NCBI GenBank assembly: GCA_964596615.1
Contig: CAZQUN010000004.1
Location: 432 to 64,431 of the forward strand
From: an uncultured Candidatus Saccharibacteria bacterium
Lineage (GTDB): Bacteria; Patescibacteriota; Minisyncoccia; Portnoybacterales; UBA2143
Direction of reading: 5' to 3'
Length of the DNA: 64,000 nt
Shown here: positions 47,379-58,021 of the stretch, in pieces
Position numbering within the stretch: the stretch's first letter is position 1
Layout of the letters: the number at the start of each line of letters is the position of its first letter
Notes under the pieces: generated by a model
What the model saw: only the letters and a program-made list of their open reading frames with translations
Database searches by the model: none
What the model was told of the DNA's origin: nothing
Translations under genes and position numbers: made by a program

Positions 47379-47761
47379 TAGTTTACCGGCCTATGTTTCT
47401 CAAATCCATTACAAGGAATATATCCTGAGTTTCTGGCTTCTTCTTCGGAATTAAACCAGATCTGATTCTCCCCTGCTATTTTCTTAGCCCAGGGGCAATC
47501 CGGCCAATGATATTTATTACTATTAGCACTTCCAATGAATCTCCCTTGCTCTGTTTCTTTTTCTTTTTTTTCTGTTGATAGGGATTGTTCAATAGAGGCA
47601 GAATAATTAGAAGGATTCTGGATAATAATCGGTTCCGGAGCGCCCTGAAGAGAAACCAAAAGACCAGCTCCGAAACTAATTAAAGCAATTAAAACAATTC
47701 CCAAGGTTAAAGTGATGTCGTTTTGATGATTCTTGACGAAATTTTTAAAATAGGATAACAT
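47375..47761 (-). CDS. Membrane-anchored Ada-like metal-binding domain protein
   Basis: TM followed by GS.NSNKYH.PDC..A..I...N..WF.S.EEA...GY.PC. Confidence 0.8.
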   Translation of the reverse strand: MLSYFKNFVKNHQNDITLTLGIVLIALISFGAGLLVSLQGAPEPIIIQNPSNYSASIEQSLSTEKKEKETEQGRFIGSANSNKYHWPDCPWAKKIAGENQIWFNSEEEARNSGYIPCNGFEKHRPVNY

Positions 47762-47769
47762 AAATTATT

Positions 47770-48042
47770 ATGTCAAAGACAAAATCAGCCGGCTCTACTA
47801 GATTAGGCCGCGATTCTCAACCAAAATATTTAGGAATTAAATTATCTGGCGGACAAAAAGCCAAGCCGGGCAGTATTATTCTTCGTCAAAGAGGAAGTAA
47901 ATTTTTACCCGGTAGGAATGTCAGAAAAGGAAATGACGATACCCTTTATGCCATGGCCAAAGGAGTGGTTGAGTTTGTCAGTAAAAGAATTAAAAAGTTT
48001 GACGGCTCTCGCCGAATTGCCAAGATTGTTAACGTAAGATAA
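47770..48042 (+). CDS. rpmA: 50S ribosomal protein L27
   Basis: GSTRLGRDS.PKYLG.K, RQRG. Confidence 0.96.
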   Translation: MSKTKSAGSTRLGRDSQPKYLGIKLSGGQKAKPGSIILRQRGSKFLPGRNVRKGNDDTLYAMAKGVVEFVSKRIKKFDGSRRIAKIVNVR

Positions 48043-48061
48043 TTATACCTGGAATTGAATT

Positions 48062-48087
48062 AAAAATCACCCTGAGGGGTGTTTTTT
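48062..48087. terminator. Bidirectional terminator
   Basis: aaaaatcaccc-tgag-gggtgtttttt between convergent rpmA and rplI. Confidence 0.65.
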
Positions 48088-48103
48088 GGTTTGATATTAA
48101 ATT

Positions 48104-48565
48104 CTATTCTTTTTCTTTCTTTTTCTCTTCAGAGGTAATAACTTTGATGCCAACTTCTAGGTTATGAGGAAGTTCAATCATGACTTCCCTCTCCCCTAAC
48201 TCTTTAATCGGCTCTTCTAATTTAATCTGATTTTTGTCAATTTCAAATCCCCTTTCTTTTAGTTTTTCAGCAATCAAAACAGGAGTGATTGCTCCAAATA
48301 ATTTATTATCCTCACTGATTTTTACCGATATCTCTAGTTCTAATCCATCCATTTGTTCGGCAATTCCTTGATAACGAATTAATTCTTCTTCAGCTTCCTG
48401 GGCTTCTAATTCTTTCTGTTCTTCAAGTTTCTCTATTTCTGATTCTGTCGCCAAAACAGCAAGATTCTTGGGAATTAAAAAGTTTCGGGCATAGCCTCTA
48501 TTTGCGTCTTTAAGGTCACCCTTTTTACCCAGTTTCTCTATATCCCGTAGTAATATTACTTTCAT
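48104..48565 (-). CDS. rplI: 50S ribosomal protein L9
   Basis: MKVILL.D...LGK.G, GYARNFLIP, KLFGAIT. Confidence 0.96.
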   Translation of the reverse strand: MKVILLRDIEKLGKKGDLKDANRGYARNFLIPKNLAVLATESEIEKLEEQKELEAQEAEEELIRYQGIAEQMDGLELEISVKISEDNKLFGAITPVLIAEKLKERGFEIDKNQIKLEEPIKELGEREVMIELPHNLEVGIKVITSEEKKKEKE

Positions 48566-48574
48566 ATCTCTATT

Positions 48575-48850
48575 CTAATACTTTATTTCAAATTTATCAA
48601 ATTGACTGGTTGCTTCCTGCCAGTCAATATCTATTTTATCAACCCTGGCCAGCATTGGTCCATTCTTAGACCAATCAATTAATTCCTTTAATTTCTCCTC
48701 TTCTCCTTGAGCGAGAATCATAACAGTTCCGTCTTTTTCGTTTTTAACCCAACCAACCAGTCCCAGTTTAACAGCTTTTCGTCTGGTAGAATCCCGGTAC
48801 AAAACCATCTGAACCCGGCCATGAATTTTTAGAATAACCTGTTTTTTCAT
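48575..48850 (-). CDS. acyP: Acylphosphatase
   Basis: GRVQ.V.YR, GWVKN..DGTV, GP..ARV. Confidence 0.9.
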   Translation of the reverse strand: MKKQVILKIHGRVQMVLYRDSTRRKAVKLGLVGWVKNEKDGTVMILAQGEEEKLKELIDWSKNGPMLARVDKIDIDWQEATSQFDKFEIKY

Positions 48851-50052
48851 TCAAGTTCTTCTTTTAGGACTTCAAGGGCTTTTTCAAGTTGCCGGTCTCT
48901 TAATTCATCAAAATCTTCCTGAGTTATTTCAACTTCAATATCAGGGGTAATTCCTTCATCATTAATGCTTGTTCCCAAGGGAGTCAGCCACTTGGCAACA
49001 GTAATTTTAATACTTGAGCCACCCTTCATTTTTTCCAGTTGCTGGACTGAACCCTTGCCAAAGCTTTTTCGTCCGATAATTTGAATGCCTCTAATATCAC
49101 GGAGAGCGCCGGCAACAATTTCTGAAGCCGAGGCAGAACCTTCATTGACCAAAACCACAACCGGCAGGTCTTCTATTCCTTTGTATCCCCTGCTCTTGTG
49201 CTCGTTTTTATCTCCGTTACCAAAGTCTTCAATAATGACTATTTCACCCTTAGGCAAAAACCAACTGGCAATATCAACGGCAACTTCCAGAAATCCACCC
49301 GGGTTATTCCGAACATCAAGAACAATCCCCTTTGCTCCTGCTTTTCTAACCTGGTCAACCGTATTTCTAAACTGGCTAATTGAACTTTCAGTGAAATGAA
49401 ATAGTTCGATATAGGCAAGATTGTTTTCTTTCATTTCCCATTCAATAATCGGGATTTTAATTGTTGCCCGGGTAATAGTAATTTCTTTGGTCTCATCAAG
49501 TTCATCCCGGGAAATGAGCAAAACAACATTGGTCCCCGGTTCTCCCCTGATCGTATCAACGGCTTCATCCAAGGTTAAATCAGCAGTCAAAGTATCATCA
49601 ACCTTAAGAATTTTATCGCCTGCCCGGAGACCAGCTTCCTGGGCCGGATTGCCTTCCAGGGGTGAAATAACGGTCAGGATGCCTTTTCTAATGCCAACCT
49701 CAGCTCCAATTCCTCCAAAACTGCCTGATATGTCATCAAGAAATCTCTTGCTTTCCTGTGGCTCCAAGAAAACAGAATGAGGATCGTCCAATGATTCTAA
49801 GAGTCCGGAAACGGCGCCGTAGACCATTGCCTGACGGTCTAAGTCAGCCCGGTCAACATAGCTTTTTTCAATCAGATGCCAGGCATCCCAAAACAAGCTG
49901 AAATCAATTCCAATTTTCTGGTTAGATTCTTTGCCAGTTAATCCTTCAATTTTTTCAATTGAGGGCTGACTGCTTTGGCCAAAAAAGAACCCAAAGCCAA
50001 AAACTATTCCTAAAACAACAATCCAACTGATAGTAGAAACATATTTACGCAT
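48847..50052 (-). CDS. ctpA: S41 C-terminal processing protease
   Basis: PDZ domain; LDVRNNPGG, SASASEI, GKGSVQ; start adjusted to MRKYV. Confidence 0.92.
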   Translation of the reverse strand: MRKYVSTISWIVVLGIVFGFGFFFGQSSQPSIEKIEGLTGKESNQKIGIDFSLFWDAWHLIEKSYVDRADLDRQAMVYGAVSGLLESLDDPHSVFLEPQESKRFLDDISGSFGGIGAEVGIRKGILTVISPLEGNPAQEAGLRAGDKILKVDDTLTADLTLDEAVDTIRGEPGTNVVLLISRDELDETKEITITRATIKIPIIEWEMKENNLAYIELFHFTESSISQFRNTVDQVRKAGAKGIVLDVRNNPGGFLEVAVDIASWFLPKGEIVIIEDFGNGDKNEHKSRGYKGIEDLPVVVLVNEGSASASEIVAGALRDIRGIQIIGRKSFGKGSVQQLEKMKGGSSIKITVAKWLTPLGTSINDEGITPDIEVEITQEDFDELRDRQLEKALEVLKEELE

Positions 50053-50845
50053 AACTTTTATCTTTACGCCACTTAGCAAAATATTTAAAAGCGCTGATTA
50101 AATGTATCCAAGTATATTTATTAAGCAAAGCATCCAGGACTCCACCCCATTTTTTAGATGCCCGGCCGTAATAGTGAAAGACCTGGGCCGAAGGCAGATA
50201 AACAACCCGATAACCCTCTTGCCAGAATCGCCGGCACCAGTCAGTATCTTCCAGATAAAGAAAAAATCTTTCATCCCATAAACCAACTTTATCAGCGGTA
50301 TCTTTCCTGGTCAGCATGGCTGAACCCTGAAGCCAATCAACCTGTCGGGGGGAAGAAAAATCTTCACCTTTCATCAGGAATTTATTCATCTTTTCTTTTC
50401 CCCACCTCATCTTTCCCAGAAATGTTCTTCGGGCGATAATTCCGCCAATGGTTGGAAATCGAAAACACGAACTCTGCGGTAAATGGTTAAAGGTTAATAA
50501 TCGCGGTCCAACAATTCCAACCTGGTTGTTTTCTTCAAGGTATTCTATTAAACAAGGAATGGAATTCCGGCTGACAAGAATATCAGCATTGAGGAAAAGA
50601 ATGTATTCTCCTTCGGATTTTCTTAATCCGCTATTAACCAGTTTAGCATAACCAACATTTTTTTCAAAAGAGATGAATTGGACCTGAGGGAAATCTTCTT
50701 TGATTAATTCCTGGGTTTCTTTTTCAGCTTCGCTGTCAACAATAAGTATCTCGTGCCCAATCTGACCAATATTTTCTTTAATTGATTGCAGGCAGAGTTT
50801 TAAGAGAATCGGAGTTCGATGATGAGTAATGATAATGGAGAGCAT
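50045..50845 (-). CDS. Glycosyltransferase family 2
   Basis: N.GYA...N, FLNAD, DE.FFLY.ED.DWC. Confidence 0.9.
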   Translation of the reverse strand: MLSIIITHHRTPILLKLCLQSIKENIGQIGHEILIVDSEAEKETQELIKEDFPQVQFISFEKNVGYAKLVNSGLRKSEGEYILFLNADILVSRNSIPCLIEYLEENNQVGIVGPRLLTFNHLPQSSCFRFPTIGGIIARRTFLGKMRWGKEKMNKFLMKGEDFSSPRQVDWLQGSAMLTRKDTADKVGLWDERFFLYLEDTDWCRRFWQEGYRVVYLPSAQVFHYYGRASKKWGGVLDALLNKYTWIHLISAFKYFAKWRKDKSYA

Positions 50846-51850
50846 TTAATTAAAGATATTTTGACAAGCCTCCTGGATTTTTTCAAAATTATCCCCGACC
50901 GGCAAAAGAACGTATTCTTCGTTAATAAAGGTCTGGTAAAGCAGACCTTGTTCCGAAGTGTCAAAAACCCTCTTTTTAATATTTCTGGTATCTATCTCAG
51001 AAGATAAATTAATCAAATTACCAATCTCGCCTAAACTCATATCGGTTCTAATGTTCTTGCCAATAATATCAAGGAGATTATAGACCTTAACTGGATTAGC
51101 TAAAATTTTCAGAGAAAGAGCTTTGTCTTTGGCTGCCATTAAGACCTGCTGTTGGCGCCTCATCCGGTCAAAGTCATTGGTTGAATAGCGGGAACGGACA
51201 TAGTAAAGAGCGGTTTTACCGTCAAGATGATTCTCGCCTTGAGGGACATGGAAAACCCATCTTTCTTCTCCGTCAAAATCTTTAACAAACCAGTTTTCGT
51301 TTTCTTCCCAACCTTCATCCGCCCACTGGAAACTTTCTTCAAAAGGACTCTCAAGGTAAATATCAATTCCTCCTAAAGCATCAATAACCTCTTCCAGGGC
51401 TTTGAAGTTAGCGCCGAGAGCATAATCGATGTAGAGACCAGTAATGTACGAAATGGTTTTCTTGGCGCAGCCCAATCCCCCCTGAGCATAGGCAAAATTA
51501 ATTTTCTTCTCTTTCTCATCGCACCAAATTATGGAATATATGTCTCTGGGTAGAGAAATTAACGCCACCTGACCAGTGCTTTTTTTAATGCTGATTAGAA
51601 TAATGGCATCGGATAAAAGCTTTCCATCTCCTGGTTCATCTATCCCTCTTGTCCCTAAAAGAAGAAGATTAATTCTATCAGGATCATCTTCGGGCAGCTC
51701 CGGTAAATCTTTAGCAAAAGGCAGGATTTGAACGCCATTTTCCCATCTGATTACCTGACTGACTGTAAAACCGGTCTTAAAAAACAAAATTGAAAAACCG
51801 CCTAGCAAGAGGATAAGAATGAAAAGCCAGAATGTTTTCTTTTTTGTCAT
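50846..51850 (-). CDS. LCP (LytR-CpsA-Psr) family protein
   Basis: NLLLLG, SD.I, SLPRD, KINFAY, AL.YVRSR...DFDR..RQQ. Confidence 0.92.
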   Translation of the reverse strand: MTKKKTFWLFILILLLGGFSILFFKTGFTVSQVIRWENGVQILPFAKDLPELPEDDPDRINLLLLGTRGIDEPGDGKLLSDAIILISIKKSTGQVALISLPRDIYSIIWCDEKEKKINFAYAQGGLGCAKKTISYITGLYIDYALGANFKALEEVIDALGGIDIYLESPFEESFQWADEGWEENENWFVKDFDGEERWVFHVPQGENHLDGKTALYYVRSRYSTNDFDRMRRQQQVLMAAKDKALSLKILANPVKVYNLLDIIGKNIRTDMSLGEIGNLINLSSEIDTRNIKKRVFDTSEQGLLYQTFINEEYVLLPVGDNFEKIQEACQNIFN

Positions 51851-52890
51851 CTAAACCATTTCCTCATTTCCTGCGAGGAAACCTTTCTATTCTCCATAAT
51901 CACTTTTCTTTTTTTATAGGCCAGGGGCATTTGTTTAAATAAATCTTTGATTGCTTTCCAGGTGTATCTTTCAAAGAGCAGAACATATCCCCAGGAACCA
52001 ATTTCTTTAGGCAGAAACCAGGGCAAATGACTGATTAAAATTCCAGGTTGTTCGTTTTTAATCTGCATCAACCTCCCGTTTTTAAAAGCAAGATATTTTC
52101 CGAATTTAGACACCTTTAATCTTTCCCTGATAACGGCAAAATAGTTTCTGGTCGCATTATCCCCTGCTGTTCTATCGTGCCAGGCAATAGATTTAGGCTG
52201 GTAAATTGATTTCCAGCCATAAAGCCGCATCCGCCAGGCTAAATCAACATCCTCTTTGTAAGCAAAGAAATCCTCATCAAAATATTCGCCTTTAAGAGCA
52301 GTTTTTTCCAAAGCTTCTCGCCTGTAAACCGGGGCTGCTCCGTCAGCTCCAAAAATCTCTTCAATTTTTTCAAATTTTCCTTGATCTAACTGGCCTTGTT
52401 CCCGGTTAATAATCCTTCGGTTTTTCAAACAAACCAGGCCGGTTGTATCAATAACATGGGAAACATGGTATCCCCTTGAATCATGTGAAGCCGGCATGCC
52501 TAATTGCCAGCGAAGTAATTTTCCCTGAACGCTCCCTATTTCCCCATCTTTTTCAAATACCTCAACTGCTTTTTGAATGAAATTAGGATCTAAAACAATA
52601 TCCTGATTAAGACAAAGAACATATTTCCCCTGGCTTTGTTTAATAACGCAGTTGTGCCCGGCTGAAAAACCAATATTTTTGGGACAAACAGAAATTATTC
52701 TAAAATCTTTTCTTTTCTTTTCAACTTCTTTTAAATGTTCAACGGTCCTGTCTTCTGATCCATTATCAAGCGCCAAAATCTCCAGACACGGATAGGTCTG
52801 GTTAAGAACGGATTTAAGGCAATCCTTAATATATTTCTCCCCGTTCCAGGTTAAAAGACTAATTGAGACGAGAGGTTGATTCTTGGGCAT
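51847..52890 (-). CDS. Glycosyltransferase family 2
   Basis: DNGS.D, N.GFS.GHN, LNQD, FFAYKEDVDL. Confidence 0.9.
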   Translation of the reverse strand: MPKNQPLVSISLLTWNGEKYIKDCLKSVLNQTYPCLEILALDNGSEDRTVEHLKEVEKKRKDFRIISVCPKNIGFSAGHNCVIKQSQGKYVLCLNQDIVLDPNFIQKAVEVFEKDGEIGSVQGKLLRWQLGMPASHDSRGYHVSHVIDTTGLVCLKNRRIINREQGQLDQGKFEKIEEIFGADGAAPVYRREALEKTALKGEYFDEDFFAYKEDVDLAWRMRLYGWKSIYQPKSIAWHDRTAGDNATRNYFAVIRERLKVSKFGKYLAFKNGRLMQIKNEQPGILISHLPWFLPKEIGSWGYVLLFERYTWKAIKDLFKQMPLAYKKRKVIMENRKVSSQEMRKWFR

Positions 52891-54424
52891 ATTTAACTGA
52901 ATAGAGCAGGGCCAAATTAACTATGAAAAACAAAAGAACCTTGTCATTAAGAAGGACTATATCAAATAGACTATAACTTAAAATCCAAATCAAAGCAAGG
53001 AGGAAAAATCCGGCCCAGACAACCCAAAAACGCTCTTTGCTCCTGGTAAATATTTGCCAGACATCTTTAACAACGTAGGCGAAAATAGACAAAAGAACTA
53101 TACAAGCAATTAATCCCATTTCGCTGGCAACATCTAAATACAAGCTATGAGACGAGGAACCCCTTTTAGCAGCTGATAATTCCTCATCCAAAACTATCGG
53201 GTAATTGCCAATTCCAACTCCCAAAAGCGGCCTTTCAGAAATTGATTTGAATGTCTTTTCCCAGATTTCTAAACGGCTTTTGATTGAGATTTCATCAAAG
53301 TCAAAAATACTTCTCGCTCTTTCAAAAAGAGAAATATCATCCATATCCAAAGGTCTTTCAAGTTGAACCTGCTGGTAAAACAAAAGAATTCTTGAAGAAG
53401 TCGGAAAAAGAAGAAAAAAGATAATCAAAACACCTAGAATTAATATCATTTGCCTTTTCCATCTTTTCTTAGATTGAGGAATAAAGAAATTGGTTAAAGA
53501 CCTGGTTGTCGGTGACCAGTAAAGGAAAAAAATGAACAGAAAGATTACTAATGAAATTAGTCCAGCTACCCAGGCTCCTCTTGAGCCGGAGAAAATAATG
53601 GCCAGAAGACATAAAATCAGGAGAAAATAATAAAGAACCCTCTTCTTTTTTGAACCTAAGAATATTGCTGTTAAAAAGAAAGGTAAGGATAAGATACAGA
53701 AAAAAGCAAAAGAATGAGAATCAGGAAAGACAGAAAACATTCTTAAAGTTGCCGGCAGAGAAGCGTAATATGAAAACCAGGTATTGCTGTAAGACAAAAG
53801 GTGTCCTAAATTATGTCCGTAAAAAGCAGGAATAACATTTTTAGCCCAGAACTGCCAAAAAGGAAAAAGCCGGACAAAAAGAACAGAAATATATTGGATA
53901 AAACCAACTGCCAGAGTAATTCCAATTGCAACCTTAAGAGCGCTCATTATCTGAAAAAGAATTTCTTTGTTTCTTGCCGCCAGGTTTCTAATAATGATAA
54001 ATAAAAGAAAAGCATTAATTAAGAAAAGAATCTTCTTTATTCCAATCCAAAGATCAGCGGCATTGAAAAGAGAGAAAACACCTAAAAGTAGAAATACTCC
54101 AAACAGATATTCAACCGGATAAGGGCGGCGTTTAGAAATCCCGGATTTGAAGAAAATAACTAAAAACAGAATTGACAAAAGAATCCTCCAGTTAGCCATT
54201 GAATCAAATCCTTCCGTAATTGACAAAGCCACGAATAAGGGAATTGAAGCAATAAAAATCCATAAAGAATCCTCTATCGGAGAAAAAAGGAAAACAAAGA
54301 TTAATAAACCAGTTAAAAACAAACCGGTATCAGGAGGAAAAATTCCAATGCTCATTAAAAAAACAACCGCTATCTCGGTTATTAAAACAACAAGCCTAAG
54401 TGAATTAGTTTTAATTAATCCCAT
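52859..54424 (-). CDS. O-antigen ligase family protein
   Basis: Multi-TM; SGSRGAW, R..IW, P.LGVG.GN, SHSLYL...E.G. Confidence 0.85.
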   Translation of the reverse strand: MGLIKTNSLRLVVLITEIAVVFLMSIGIFPPDTGLFLTGLLIFVFLFSPIEDSLWIFIASIPLFVALSITEGFDSMANWRILLSILFLVIFFKSGISKRRPYPVEYLFGVFLLLGVFSLFNAADLWIGIKKILFLINAFLLFIIIRNLAARNKEILFQIMSALKVAIGITLAVGFIQYISVLFVRLFPFWQFWAKNVIPAFYGHNLGHLLSYSNTWFSYYASLPATLRMFSVFPDSHSFAFFCILSLPFFLTAIFLGSKKKRVLYYFLLILCLLAIIFSGSRGAWVAGLISLVIFLFIFFLYWSPTTRSLTNFFIPQSKKRWKRQMILILGVLIIFFLLFPTSSRILLFYQQVQLERPLDMDDISLFERARSIFDFDEISIKSRLEIWEKTFKSISERPLLGVGIGNYPIVLDEELSAAKRGSSSHSLYLDVASEMGLIACIVLLSIFAYVVKDVWQIFTRSKERFWVVWAGFFLLALIWILSYSLFDIVLLNDKVLLFFIVNLALLYSVKYAQESTSRLN

Positions 54425-54435
54425 AAAACAGGTAT

Positions 54436-55638
54436 TTAATATCCTTTTAATTTCTTTGAACTATCATGCTGGCGCATTCTTTCCAAGGCCTTGGCTTCAA
54501 TCTGACGAATTCTTTCCCTGGTGACGCCAAATTCCCTACCAACCTCTTCCAGGGTATGGGTAATACCGTCTTTAAGACCAAAGCGCATTTCCAGAATCTT
54601 CTGTTCCCGGGGCGATAAATCAGAGAGAATTTCTTTTAATCGATTACGGAGCAGTTTTCTTGAAGCAACCTGAGTTGGAGTAATAGCTTTTTTGTCTTCA
54701 ATAAATTCTCCTAATAAACTTTCTTCGCTGTCATCGCCAACCGGAGTTTCCAAAGATATTGTTTCTTGCGATATTTTAATAATTTGTCTGATTTTCTCAA
54801 TTGGTTCATCCATTTCAGCGGCAATTTCTTCTGGTAAAGGATCCCGGCCAAGACTCTGAACCAACATTCTTTTAACCTGGGTATATTTACTAATAGTTTC
54901 AACCATATGGACAGGAATTCGAATTGTTCTTGATTGGTCTGCTAAAGCCCGGGTAATCGCCTGACGAATCCACCAAGTTGCGTAAGTAGAAAACTTGTAT
55001 CCCCTTTTGTAATCAAATTTTTCAACTGCCTTAAAAAGACCAATATTACCTTCCTGGATTAAATCAAGCAGACTAAGATTTCGGCTCCGGCCAACATATC
55101 TTTTAGCAATACTGACAACTAACCTTAAATTAGCCTGGGTCAGCTTTTGTCTTGATTCCTCATCGCCCTGTTCAATTCCTTTGGCTAATTTAACTTCTTC
55201 CGGGGCGGTTAAAAGAGAAATTCTTCCGATTTCCCTTAAATACATCTGGACATTGTCAAAGGCCTCTAATCGAACTGGCACCTTTTTGTCTTTTTTTTCT
55301 TTTTTCTCTTCGGTTGGTTTTTCTAAAAACTCAATTGATTCAACAACCTTAATATTATTTTCTTTCAACATATCATAAGTTCTTTCCAGGCCAGAAATAT
55401 CTTCTTCTATTCTCGGAGCTAAATTAAGTAGTTCCGATTCTGTGACGAATCCCCTTTCTCTTCCTCGGGTAATTAACTCCTGGATTTTCTCATCAGTAAT
55501 GAGTTCTTTTTTTCGTCTGACAGGTTTTTTCTTAACAACTTTTCTTTTAGGGGTTGCTTTCCTGGCTGGTTTTTTCCGGGGAATTGTTTTTCTCGGAGCC
55601 CTCTTTTTAGTTGTTTTTTTAGCTGGTTTTCTTAGCAT
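54436..55638 (-). CDS. rpoD: RNA polymerase primary sigma factor
   Basis: [38 protein letters not shown]. Confidence 0.96.
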   Translation of the reverse strand: MLRKPAKKTTKKRAPRKTIPRKKPARKATPKRKVVKKKPVRRKKELITDEKIQELITRGRERGFVTESELLNLAPRIEEDISGLERTYDMLKENNIKVVESIEFLEKPTEEKKEKKDKKVPVRLEAFDNVQMYLREIGRISLLTAPEEVKLAKGIEQGDEESRQKLTQANLRLVVSIAKRYVGRSRNLSLLDLIQEGNIGLFKAVEKFDYKRGYKFSTYATWWIRQAITRALADQSRTIRIPVHMVETISKYTQVKRMLVQSLGRDPLPEEIAAEMDEPIEKIRQIIKISQETISLETPVGDDSEESLLGEFIEDKKAITPTQVASRKLLRNRLKEILSDLSPREQKILEMRFGLKDGITHTLEEVGREFGVTRERIRQIEAKALERMRQHDSSKKLKGY

Positions 55639-55639
55639 A

Positions 55640-57394
55640 TTAAGGCGCTTGTTTAGTTAATTTATTAAACTCCTGAGTTAATTTTTCCAAAGTTGCTTTA
55701 TCTTTTTTTTCTTCTGCTTTTCTAATAGCCAGATTTAATTGATTGAATTTGTCCTTTAAATACCTTTTTTTTAATTGATTAAAACAAAAAACAATTTCTT
55801 TTTTAGGTTCAAGGTCTTCAATTATGCTTTTTTGGGCTTCGGCTTTAAAAATTAGATGGTCAATTTGATTAGCCAGTTCAATTGGTAAATCTTTTCTAAG
55901 TTTATCCAGATTAATCTTTTTCTTCTTCCTTATTCTTTTAAATATCTGGCTTAACTGGGAATCATTGAATAAATGACTTGGTTCGGCCTGGCATTCTTTT
56001 GGGTTTTCAGAGCAGGACAACATTAAACCAAGAGCATATTCTTCTAAATTAATTTTTTGTTCACGTTCATTATCAGAAACTTCTTTAACCGCTTCCTGTC
56101 TAATCTCCGAATCGTACCTTATTTTCCCCATTTCTTCAACTAAATCGCCTTCTTTAACGCCCAATCTTATAGAGGCCTGATCAAGCCAATGGGATTGCTC
56201 AATTCTATTAGGAATCTTTTTGATTATCGGCAGGACAATCCGGCTGATTTCTTTTTTCCCTTCGGCTGTTTCCGGACTATTCTTGGCCAGAGCAGTGGTT
56301 AAATAGAAATCAACTATGTTTTTTGAGTTTTTAACCGCCTTTTGCCAAAGAGAAGTGTCTTTTTTAAGACAATCAGCCGGGTCAGAATTTTGAGGCAAAT
56401 CAATAACTTTGGCGTTAAAGCCAAGTTCAATTGCCAGGTTAATCCCTCTTTTAGTTGCTTCCTCTCCGGCAATATCCATATCAAAAGCAGTTGCCAGATT
56501 ATCGCTGTATCTTTTCAAGGTTCTTAACTGAAATTCAGTTAAAGCTGTTCCAGAACTGGCAACAACATTCTTAAATCCATTCTGGTGAGCCATTAAAACA
56601 TCAGTTTGTCCTTCAACCAGAACAGAAAGATTTTCCTTTCTAATATCCAGTTTAGCTTTGTTTAATCCGTAAATAATCCGGCTTTTATCATAAATCAAGG
56701 TATTAGGCGTGTTAATGTATTTCCCCATTCTTTCATCTGGTTTATTCGGATTCTCCCGACCGGTAAATCCAACAACAACTCCGTTAATATCAGAAATGGG
56801 GAAAACGATTCTGTCCCGGAAACGGTCGTAATATTTCCCCTTTTCGTTTTTAATAATCAACCCGGTTTTAATAATTTCATCATTGGGATATCCCCGACCA
56901 TTTAGAAATTCCAGTAAACTCCGCCATTGAGACGGCGCATAACCAACCTGCCATTCTTTAATTATTTCCGGCTTTAATCCGCGGGAGATCAGATATTCTT
57001 TCATTTTCTTTCCAGTCTGACTGGCTTCCAGCTGCCGGATAAAAAAACGATTAGCTAAATCACAAATTTCATAGGAACGGGTTCTTCTAGTTTGTAATTC
57101 CGGGTCAACTCGCTTTAATTCCACTCCTGCTCGTGAGGCCAGTATTTTCAAAGCATCGCCAAACTCAACTCCTTCAATTTCCATAATAAAGTCAAAGATG
57201 CTTCCCCCTTTTCCGCAACCAAAACAATGCCAAATCTGGCGCTCAGGAGAGACCATAAAAGAAGGGGTTTTTTCGGAATGAAAAGGACAAGGAGCTTTGT
57301 GATTTCTCCCGGCTTTTTGTAATCGAATATATCCATTGATTACATCAATGATATCCAGTTTATTCTTAATTTCATCTATTTGTGAACCAGCCAT
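55640..57394 (-). CDS. dnaG: DNA primase
   Basis: CPFH.EKTPSF zinc finger, DRFRDR..FP, EG..D, FD.D.AG, DPAD. Confidence 0.97.
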   Translation of the reverse strand: MAGSQIDEIKNKLDIIDVINGYIRLQKAGRNHKAPCPFHSEKTPSFMVSPERQIWHCFGCGKGGSIFDFIMEIEGVEFGDALKILASRAGVELKRVDPELQTRRTRSYEICDLANRFFIRQLEASQTGKKMKEYLISRGLKPEIIKEWQVGYAPSQWRSLLEFLNGRGYPNDEIIKTGLIIKNEKGKYYDRFRDRIVFPISDINGVVVGFTGRENPNKPDERMGKYINTPNTLIYDKSRIIYGLNKAKLDIRKENLSVLVEGQTDVLMAHQNGFKNVVASSGTALTEFQLRTLKRYSDNLATAFDMDIAGEEATKRGINLAIELGFNAKVIDLPQNSDPADCLKKDTSLWQKAVKNSKNIVDFYLTTALAKNSPETAEGKKEISRIVLPIIKKIPNRIEQSHWLDQASIRLGVKEGDLVEEMGKIRYDSEIRQEAVKEVSDNEREQKINLEEYALGLMLSCSENPKECQAEPSHLFNDSQLSQIFKRIRKKKKINLDKLRKDLPIELANQIDHLIFKAEAQKSIIEDLEPKKEIVFCFNQLKKRYLKDKFNQLNLAIRKAEEKKDKATLEKLTQEFNKLTKQAP

Positions 57395-57412
57395 AGTATT
57401 GATAAATTATAC

Positions 57413-57757
57413 TCACTGACAGTCCTTTGGGCAATTGCATTTGTTTTCCCATTCTTCACAATCTCCATTTCCACAATCAGAACAAATTACAGGAACTCCG
57501 GGCATAACTATACAATTCTCATCGTATGATTTTGGATATTGCCCTCCAGCAATTTTAATCAATCCTTGACAACACTCAGATGTCATCTGCTCGTTGTATT
57601 CTGGGGAAATAGCCTCAACATCAGAGAGACCTTCTTTTATACATCTTATGGGTGGCTTCTCAACCCAGTCAGGAGAAGTCGGCTTTTCTAAGTACCAATA
57701 AGCCCCTCCAGCAAGGATTATTAAAAGAATGATTGAAATAATAATTTTTTTGTTCAT
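57413..57757 (-). CDS. Small exported Cys-rich protein
   Basis: N-terminal TM; CCQGL; CGNG.C..WEN.CNCP.DC repeat. Confidence 0.75.
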   Translation of the reverse strand: MNKKIIISIILLIILAGGAYWYLEKPTSPDWVEKPPIRCIKEGLSDVEAISPEYNEQMTSECCQGLIKIAGGQYPKSYDENCIVMPGVPVICSDCGNGDCEEWENKCNCPKDCQ

Positions 57758-57814
57758 ATTAATCTCACATATTCCCACACTTTTGTTCTTCTTAAGGAAC
57801 AAAATGATTGCAAT

Positions 57815-58006
57815 TTATTTTATTCTACGATAAGCATCAATGATTAGAATAATTGCAGACAATAGAAACCCAAATCCCACACCGGGTATAAATCTTCCTA
57901 CGCCAGGTGTTAATAAACAAATTATTAAACTAACTGCTCCTGGAATAGCAAAGACTAGAGCAGTTGAAAGTCTATTTTTAACTATCTTTTTTGTTGTTTG
58001 ATCCAT
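57815..58006 (-). CDS. Small two-TM membrane protein
   Basis: 63 aa; two hydrophobic helices. Confidence 0.6.
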   Translation of the reverse strand: MDQTTKKIVKNRLSTALVFAIPGAVSLIICLLTPGVGRFIPGVGFGFLLSAIILIIDAYRRIK

Positions 58007-58021
58007 ATTATTTTTTACTTT

